Positions 58,635 through 64,000 of a DNA stretch of 64,000 nucleotides are shown one piece after another. The notes under the pieces are model-generated. The model was not told the origin of the DNA. It searched no databases and worked only from the letters and a program-made list of their open reading frames with translations. Made by a program: the position numbers and the translations under genes. Location: assembly GCA_002433895.1 (NCBI GenBank), contig DJJA01000006.1, forward strand, positions 104,630-168,629, given 5' to 3'. Position 1 is the stretch's first letter. Each line of letters opens with the position of its first letter. The stretch is from Candidatus Gottesmanbacteria bacterium UBA6580 (lineage in GTDB: Bacteria; Patescibacteriota; Microgenomatia; UBA10105; UBA927).

Positions 58635-59438
58635 TTATACCAGTTTAGGAGGGATACGGGTTTTTTCAGCAAGCCGGATAACGGCGGGCTCAAACGCACC
58701 ACAGATAAACGGCCGGAGAGCGGCATCTGGGATATGTGCCCACGTTTCATACCGGAGCAATTCCTTGGGTTCATCCGCCAACCCATCCTGTACAGAAATG
58801 ATGAGTGGCTTGCTGGTATCAAAAAATTGGCGTCCGCCGTTTGCAAGTGAAATGCCTCCTCCCGTATCAGGGATTATTTTGTTGCCACTTCCTTTCGCGT
58901 ACTCTACCAGCTCTTCGCGTGTAAACGGCCGCATACTTGCCTGTGCTCTGACCATAACGGTTTGCGGTTCAGATACACCGTTTTTGTCGCAGCGTATTGC
59001 AGTAAGCGCGCTCACAATTTCGACCGTTTTTCCTGATTGATCCATGGCTTCAGGAGAAGTCGCTGCCCACACCACCGGATCCCCCTGCGGTTTTTCGTGG
59101 ATTGAAATAGAACCATCAGGTTGATGGACAAACTGTACCGAATCGGTATACAGATACATGTGTCCGCGTTCTGATTTTACTTTTTGTGCTTCGTTCACCA
59201 TCACATCTGATAGTCCACAGACGGCACTGACCCACGCAGCGTCTTCCCGGGCTTTTCCTTCCGCAATGTACACTGGACGTTCTTCAGTGTGGGGTGCGGT
59301 TTGTTTAATCCGCCATTCGTTAAATGAAGGTTCTTTACGGGTTATTTCCCATTCCGGCAAGGCAGTTTGATAGATACGGTCTTTTTGGTATCCGCCGTTT
59401 TTGGTAACGATGGTGATAGTGGGACGTTCGGTGTTCAT
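58635..59438 (-). CDS. hypothetical protein
   Basis: 267 aa with no recognisable motif. An intrinsic terminator sits 7 nt upstream of its ATG. Confidence 0.35.
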   Translation of the reverse strand: MNTERPTITIVTKNGGYQKDRIYQTALPEWEITRKEPSFNEWRIKQTAPHTEERPVYIAEGKAREDAAWVSAVCGLSDVMVNEAQKVKSERGHMYLYTDSVQFVHQPDGSISIHEKPQGDPVVWAATSPEAMDQSGKTVEIVSALTAIRCDKNGVSEPQTVMVRAQASMRPFTREELVEYAKGSGNKIIPDTGGGISLANGGRQFFDTSKPLIISVQDGLADEPKELLRYETWAHIPDAALRPFICGAFEPAVIRLAEKTRIPPKLV

Positions 59439-59444
59439 AGTTTT

Positions 59445-59473
59445 TTAAAACAAAAAAGACCCTTGTGGGGTCT
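59445..59473 (-). terminator. intrinsic terminator-like hairpin AGACCCC-ACAA-GGGUCU plus U6GU4
   Basis: The minus-strand RNA reads AGACCCCACAAGGGUCUUUUUUGUUUU, ending 7 nt before the ATG of the 58635-59438 gene. Confidence 0.5.
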
Positions 59474-59616
59474 TACAAAAGAAAAAACTAAAAAACACTT
59501 ACTCGCCGACGTTTTTTCGTTTGGTGAACCCCGTCCCCCCGCCGTAGCGGGGTTCTAGCTGGCCAAGTCATCCTTGGCGGGCTTCGTTACTTGAGAAAAA
59601 ACCTGTATTGTAATGT

Positions 59617-59655
59617 TAAAACAAAAAAGGCGCTCAAAAAAGCTTTTAAGCGCTT
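59617..59655 (-). terminator. intrinsic terminator (10-bp stem) downstream of histidine phosphatase gene
   Basis: The minus-strand RNA reads AAGCGCUUAAAAGCUUUUUUGAGCGCCUUUUUUGUUUU. Confidence 0.6.
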
Positions 59656-59686
59656 TTGTTATTTATACCACTCCACCCATGGCTTG

Positions 59687-60286
59687 TCAAGTGGCAACTA
59701 TAGGATACACTCCACGCACGATGTCAGCCTCAAAAACAAGGCGAAATCCCCCTGCCATAGGCACGTACGGCACTATTGCCATCAGATGTGCAGTATCGAG
59801 CGTGGTGCCCCGGTAGTACGCGGCAGCAACCATGATGGGGTCCCCATGAGAAACAAGGCAAATAGCCTTACCAGAGTGCTCCAGACGCTTTTCCTCGACT
59901 ACAGATACCACCCTCGCACGTATCTCTTCAATAGTTTCCCCACCCTGCTTTTGATACCACTGGGTGTCGTATATTTGCCAATTCCAACCTCCAAGTGCCT
60001 GAATTTCATCGGGCGTCTTCCCTTGGAACGGCGACCGTACTTCATTCAGGCGCTCATCAACCACCGGCGCGAGATGGTGAGCGCGAGCCAAAATATCGGC
60101 GGTTTCCCGGGTCCGCTCCATGGGACTCGTCACCATTGCGGCAATCTGCTCCCCAGCCAGTTGCCGGGATAGTACCTCCACCTGGCGTATGCCTTCCGGC
60201 GATAAATGAAACCCAGGCAACCGGTACGGTGCGACAGGCGCAGGACTTTCATAGTGCCCATGGCGGAGAAGGTAAATTGTGGTCAT
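59687..60286 (-). CDS. histidine phosphatase family protein (phosphoglycerate mutase-like)
   Basis: RHG motif (LLRHGHYE) and a downstream catalytic His. Confidence 0.8.
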   Translation of the reverse strand: MTTIYLLRHGHYESPAPVAPYRLPGFHLSPEGIRQVEVLSRQLAGEQIAAMVTSPMERTRETADILARAHHLAPVVDERLNEVRSPFQGKTPDEIQALGGWNWQIYDTQWYQKQGGETIEEIRARVVSVVEEKRLEHSGKAICLVSHGDPIMVAAAYYRGTTLDTAHLMAIVPYVPMAGGFRLVFEADIVRGVYPIVAT

Positions 60287-61420
60287 TTACGTAATAATAT
60301 GCCTATCCCGGAGCACAGCAAGCACTTTTTGGTGTATTGTTTCTTTGGGAAGTATCTGACCGTTTTCTACACACTCGACAAGTACCCAGTTTTCTCTTGA
60401 AGCAGCCAGCGAAAGGTACATTGCTTCCGACTCCTGCCGGTGCTTGGTGTCTGCTTCTAGGATGTCCTTGCGCTCACCCAAATATGCCCGTTCACCTTTC
60501 TTTTTGGTAAGCTCTTCGCCCACTGCCGCCGGCACATGCAGGTAAATTACGATATCTTCACGGGGAATTTTGTGCACTTTATACTCCAACTCATCAATCC
60601 ATTCCAAAAATTCCTTGCGGTCACGCTCGGAAAGCCGCGCGCCCTGATGTGCCATATTGCTTGTTGCGTACCGGTTACAAACGATCACGCCCCCGTGCGC
60701 AAGCCACAAATCCATTTCTTCCTTCGCACTTGCCCGGTCGAGGGCATAGGCAAGTGACGCCAAATATGGCGACACGTCAGCACCAAATTCTCCCGCCAAA
60801 AATCTCCCTGCTATTTTTCCATGAAACGAACTGTAATACCTGGGGAAATCAAACGCTTTTACCGCCGTATGGGATTTTTCAAAATAATCGACCAGCAACT
60901 CCGCCTGCGTTGTCTTGCCGCTGCCATCACCGCCGTCGATAACGATAAGCTTCCCCCGCCTGTTTTTCTCAACTTCAACTTGTTCAAGGAAATGCTTTAT
61001 GAGTATTGGCAAGCTATCTTCATCGTAATGTTCCAAAAAGAGATGGTCAGAAGGGTTGCCGGAAATCATAGCCGAGAGCTCGTTTGTTGTGTCTTTGTAA
61101 AATAGCGCTAATACGGGTTTATGATGCGTCAGCGCATACACCAGCTCTCCGCCCACTCCGCTTGAAGGCTTACTCACCTCAGCAATCACGCAATCAGCGT
61201 CATCAATGGCTTGCTTTTCCCGGTAAAAAATTTCTTCCGCGGTTTGTACCGCATCTTTTTCCAGCTGTTTGTGATCCAATATTTGTTCACCTGAGGTGAG
61301 ACGGTGTCCCAGTTTTTTAATCTCAGCAACGATCGCTTTTTCCTGTGACAGGTAGTCTCCGTTATTGGTGGTCGCCGCGGTAAAGTATATGTTCATCCTA
61401 TGTCTATAGTAGACATTCAT
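60287..61420 (-). CDS. tmk: fusion protein: DNPH1/Rcl-like 2'-deoxynucleoside 5'-phosphate N-hydrolase domain + thymidylate kinase
   Basis: The N-domain has IYF..., ADCVIAEVSKPSSGVGGELVYALTHHKPVLALF and LSAMISG. These match the Rcl/DNPH1 family motifs VYFCGS, VVAEVTQPSLGVGYELGRAVALGKPILCLF and LSAMIRG. The C-domain has the Tmk P-loop KLIVIDGGDGSGKTTQ and a DRY-like motif NRYATSNMAHQG. Confidence 0.8.
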   Translation of the reverse strand: MNVYYRHRMNIYFTAATTNNGDYLSQEKAIVAEIKKLGHRLTSGEQILDHKQLEKDAVQTAEEIFYREKQAIDDADCVIAEVSKPSSGVGGELVYALTHHKPVLALFYKDTTNELSAMISGNPSDHLFLEHYDEDSLPILIKHFLEQVEVEKNRRGKLIVIDGGDGSGKTTQAELLVDYFEKSHTAVKAFDFPRYYSSFHGKIAGRFLAGEFGADVSPYLASLAYALDRASAKEEMDLWLAHGGVIVCNRYATSNMAHQGARLSERDRKEFLEWIDELEYKVHKIPREDIVIYLHVPAAVGEELTKKKGERAYLGERKDILEADTKHRQESEAMYLSLAASRENWVLVECVENGQILPKETIHQKVLAVLRDRHIIT

Positions 61421-61452
61421 CGTGAAATGTCAAAGGAATAACCGGGGAAAAA

Positions 61453-61674
61453 CTATGGTAACGTCGTAGTCTGAGGCTGATGCACGGAAAAGCTTGCCCT
61501 GTTTACCCGCGGTGGCCGGACACCGCCCGGACCGACAAATTCCTCATTATAAAACGTTTTCGGCAACGGAATACCCGCCTCAATCATCCGACGGATTTCG
61601 AGGTAGTGCGGGTTTGTCGTGCCGGCATCGGCAACTATTTCCCTTCTTGGTGGTGACCCCGCCACTTGTTTCAT
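61453..61674 (-). CDS. hypothetical small protein
   Basis: 73 aa with a 4-nt overlap with the upstream HAD gene stop. No motif. Confidence 0.3.
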   Translation of the reverse strand: MKQVAGSPPRREIVADAGTTNPHYLEIRRMIEAGIPLPKTFYNEEFVGPGGVRPPRVNRASFSVHQPQTTTLP

Positions 61675-62327
61675 GGTAAGAGTGTGGGCAGAGTATAAAT
61701 ATCTTCGATAACACTGTCAACACTGTCCGTTTGCGGTGTGGTCACTCCCCAGCTCACTAAACACGTTTGCATCCCCACCGTTTTGGCAGGCACAAGGTCT
61801 ACCGCCTCCCGGTCTCCTATCATAAGATGCGAGGCTGGGGGCTGCCCGGTTTTTTTCATAACGTATTGAAATCCGTCTAACTGCGGCTTATTCACTCCCA
61901 CGACTTCTGACGTTACCACTTCGGTAAACAAAGAGGCAGACAAACCAAGCACTTCAAGTCCCTCGGTCACTTTTTCTTTGATACCGTTGACCAATAAATA
62001 ATGTGTGTATGTTCTAAGCGACTCAAACGCAGATACCAACTTCTCATCACGGGCCAAATACTTACGCCGGTCTTTGTACAACTCACATTCGATGGCTGCT
62101 TCCCGCACCGAAATCCCGGCAAGCTTCGCCGCGGTTTCAGTACTGCTGGGCGTAACAACTTGAAATACTTTATGAAATTCGGTCACCGTTTTTTCACGGC
62201 TCCAGCCCGTATGCTTCATGACCAATATATAATCCGCCTCGATTATGGCGCGATCGAGCTCGGGCGTTGGTTTATACAGCGTCCCGTCAAAATCCCATAC
62301 ACAAACTGAAACACCGGAAAATGTTGC
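61671..62327 (-). CDS. HAD-superfamily hydrolase (nucleotidase-like)
   Basis: VWDFDGTLY motif I and a GDREAVD motif. Start at MATFSG. Confidence 0.75.
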   Translation of the reverse strand, partial: ATFSGVSVCVWDFDGTLYKPTPELDRAIIEADYILVMKHTGWSREKTVTEFHKVFQVVTPSSTETAAKLAGISVREAAIECELYKDRRKYLARDEKLVSAFESLRTYTHYLLVNGIKEKVTEGLEVLGLSASLFTEVVTSEVVGVNKPQLDGFQYVMKKTGQPPASHLMIGDREAVDLVPAKTVGMQTCLVSWGVTTPQTDSVDSVIEDIYTLPTLLP

Positions 62328-62337
62328 CATATCTTTC

Positions 62338-62982
62338 TTAGTGTACACTATGAGGATTACGGAGTGCGCCCCGGACAAGCGACACAAACTGTGCCTGCGC
62401 GTCTTTATCCCGGGATATATTGAGTGTATCCGTCGGCACCCGAAGCACCGGGATCGTCGTGTTTTGCTCCAGCCACTTGCGGTTTAGCTTATCGAGCAGT
62501 GTAAGATAATCCGTCGGTATTGCCTGTTCAAATTCCCTCCCCCTGGCGGCAATCCGTTGTTCGATGGCGGGGATGGAGGTATCCAAAAAAACAATAAGGT
62601 CAGGTTGTGGAAAATGCGGCGTAAATTCATGATATATTTTTTGATACAGCGCCCACTCCGCGTCATCCATATGCCCTAACTCGTGCTGTGCGCGCGCGTA
62701 TGAATACACATCCTGGGTAATCGGGGTATCTTGTATTACTGGAGTTTTTTCCAACATCCCCTTGGCCTCTACCATTTGCCTGATTTTTTCCATGAGGAAA
62801 AACGTTTGCGAATGAAACGCCCACCTGCCCATATCCTGGTAAAACCGGGGTAAAAATGCGTTCTCCTTAACGTTTTCTTCAACGAGGGTATATCCTAGTT
62901 CTTTGGCGAGCAGGTTCGCGGCGGTTGTTTTTCCGCTTCCCATGGTGCCCATTACCGCAATGTAATCGTGTCGTTCTTTCAT
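62338..62982 (-). CDS. deoxynucleoside kinase (dAK/dGK/dCK family)
   Basis: P-loop GTMGSGKTT, an ERS-like motif and the family length. Confidence 0.85.
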   Translation of the reverse strand: MKERHDYIAVMGTMGSGKTTAANLLAKELGYTLVEENVKENAFLPRFYQDMGRWAFHSQTFFLMEKIRQMVEAKGMLEKTPVIQDTPITQDVYSYARAQHELGHMDDAEWALYQKIYHEFTPHFPQPDLIVFLDTSIPAIEQRIAARGREFEQAIPTDYLTLLDKLNRKWLEQNTTIPVLRVPTDTLNISRDKDAQAQFVSLVRGALRNPHSVH

Positions 62983-63164
62983 TACTTACCAGTCGTTTTA
63001 ACATATTAAAAACCGGCAGACAAGCGGGATCCTGCAGTGCCATCTCTCAGGCATTTCATTGATTTGACAATACGGGATATTCAGGGGTAGCATAAGGGAT
63101 ACAGAAAGGCACATTAAAAAGAGAGCGGCAATTGGACAGGTTTAAGCGTGTGGCCCACGGAATT

Positions 63165-63240
63165 GACTAATAACAATTAACAGTTAACTGTTAACCAGAA
63201 AATAAAACTTCTGTGTCAATAGTTAATAGTAAACAGTTTC
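63165..63240. repeat. GTTAAC-rich palindromic motif cluster (copy 4)
   Basis: AACAATTAACAGTTAACTGTTAACCAG...GTCAATAGTTAATAGTAAACAGTT. It contains the perfect 12-nt palindrome ACAGTTAACTGT also seen in copy 1. Confidence 0.7.
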
Positions 63241-63548
63241 TAGTTCGCTTCGCGGGATACGAGGAAGGGGCCTCGCCATCGACTGAAAAGTCAGAGGTTC
63301 GGCGGGGAATCGGACACAATTTCAGCTCTTTCTGTTTTTCGGGAAGAGTTGGGGAAACCCGTTTTCGGGAGTCCCCAAGAAGCTGTAGTATCTGCGGAAA
63401 CCCCTCGGTGGCACTCCCCACCGCAATTCTTGCGAGAAGCCCCGCCGTAAGGCGAGGTATAGAACGGCAAGGAACGGAGTCCGTATCTCTTCTATTATCT
63501 TCAAATATTTTTTCAATACCCTGTGGTACAGGGATTATTGCTCTTAAG
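63241..63548 (+). promoter_or_regulatory. highly structured 5' UTR upstream of glmS (candidate cis-regulatory RNA, possibly glmS-ribozyme-like)
   Basis: Nested hairpins include CUUGGGG...CCCCAAG enclosing CCCG-UUUU-CGGG, CGCC-GUAA-GGCG, CGGUGG-CACUCC-CCACCG and CCCUG-UGGUA-CAGGG. A strong Shine-Dalgarno AAGGAGGG follows. It shares short strings ACGAGGAAGG and GCCGUAAGG with the glmS ribozyme core, but their spacing is not canonical. Confidence 0.35.
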
Positions 63549-64000
63549 GAGGGCTTAATATGTGTGGCATTTTCGGATATATCGGGGACAAAAAAACCGC
63601 CCCCCGCATGGTGCTTGCCGGCTTAAAAACGCTGGAATACCGAGGATATGACAGCTGGGGTGTTGCGGTGGTACCTAGCAAACAGTCGACAAACAACACG
63701 ATTGTTGTAAAGAAAAAAGCGGGCAAAATTGGTGACGCGACCGTAAACGACTTGCCGGAAGGCTCACTGGCGTTTGGTCACACGAGATGGGCGACGCATG
63801 GCGGGGTAACCGATAAAAATGCACACCCCCATCTGGATTGCTCCAAGACGGTAGCGGTCATCCACAATGGTATAGTGGAAAACTACGAGACACTCAGAAA
63901 TGAGCTCATCAAAAAAGGCCATCGTTTCGTCTCTGAAACCGATACTGAAGTCATCGCACATCTCGTCGAAGAGTATCTTAAAAAATTTTCGGTACTCCCC
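63549..64000 (+). CDS. glmS: glutamine--fructose-6-phosphate aminotransferase, N-terminal part (gene continues past window end)
   Basis: MCGIFGYIG N-terminal nucleophile, then RGYDSWG and GHTRWATHG glutaminase motifs. No stop lies within the window, so it is absent from the ORF track. Confidence 0.9.

Noticed and set aside
59440-59690. tmRNA or RNase P RNA in the multi-hairpin intergenic region
   Set aside because: No tRNA-like T-arm/acceptor with a resume codon was found, and no GGAAAGUCCGG-type P4 sequences. The region is also shorter than either RNA.
63191-63626. Two overlapping ORFs (76 aa minus strand, 137 aa plus strand) in the dNK-glmS intergenic region
   Set aside because: They are GC-hairpin-rich and low complexity. 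One overlaps the glmS start in a different frame. The region is better interpreted as a structured 5' UTR.

Overview
This 64-kb window is a gene-dense bacterial chromosomal segment of about 50% GC with roughly 75 protein genes, mostly short-spaced or overlapping, and one tRNA. It uses the standard genetic code; TGA is a stop, for example at dnaB. Gene content is mainly housekeeping: dnaB, hisS, cysS, proS, prfA-like, rpmE, rpsF-ssb-rpsR, ychF, rpsB-tsf-frr, glyA, dnaX-ybaB, recR, prs, ahcY, rseP, htrA, ctpA, ybeY, rpsU and a partial glmS. There is also a small-genome style salvage repertoire: a form II/III RuBisCO with ribose-1,5-bisphosphate isomerase, and a DNPH1-like domain fused to thymidylate kinase beside a deoxynucleoside kinase and an HAD nucleotidase. 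This resembles CPR/Patescibacteria-type metabolism, but the phylum is not certain. No rRNA, CRISPR array, transposase or integrase was found. The most interesting signals are non-coding. First, a T-box leader with the invariant UGGUACCGCG core and a ribosome-binding-site-sequestering helix lies upstream of csaA-proS. Second, a promoter, a three-His-codon leader peptide and an intrinsic terminator resembling a his-type attenuator lie upstream of a HisC-like aminotransferase and hisS. Third, a lower-GC 1.1-kb accessory insertion upstream of ychF is bracketed by a duplicated copy of the ychF 5' end. Fourth, a recurrent GTTAAC-rich palindromic motif family occurs at four intergenic loci. Fifth, a highly structured 300-nt 5' UTR lies upstream of glmS. 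Two genes run off the window edges (MFS transporter at the 5' end, glmS at the 3' end) and are absent from the ORF track for that reason. All functional calls rest on motif recognition by eye, not database searches.
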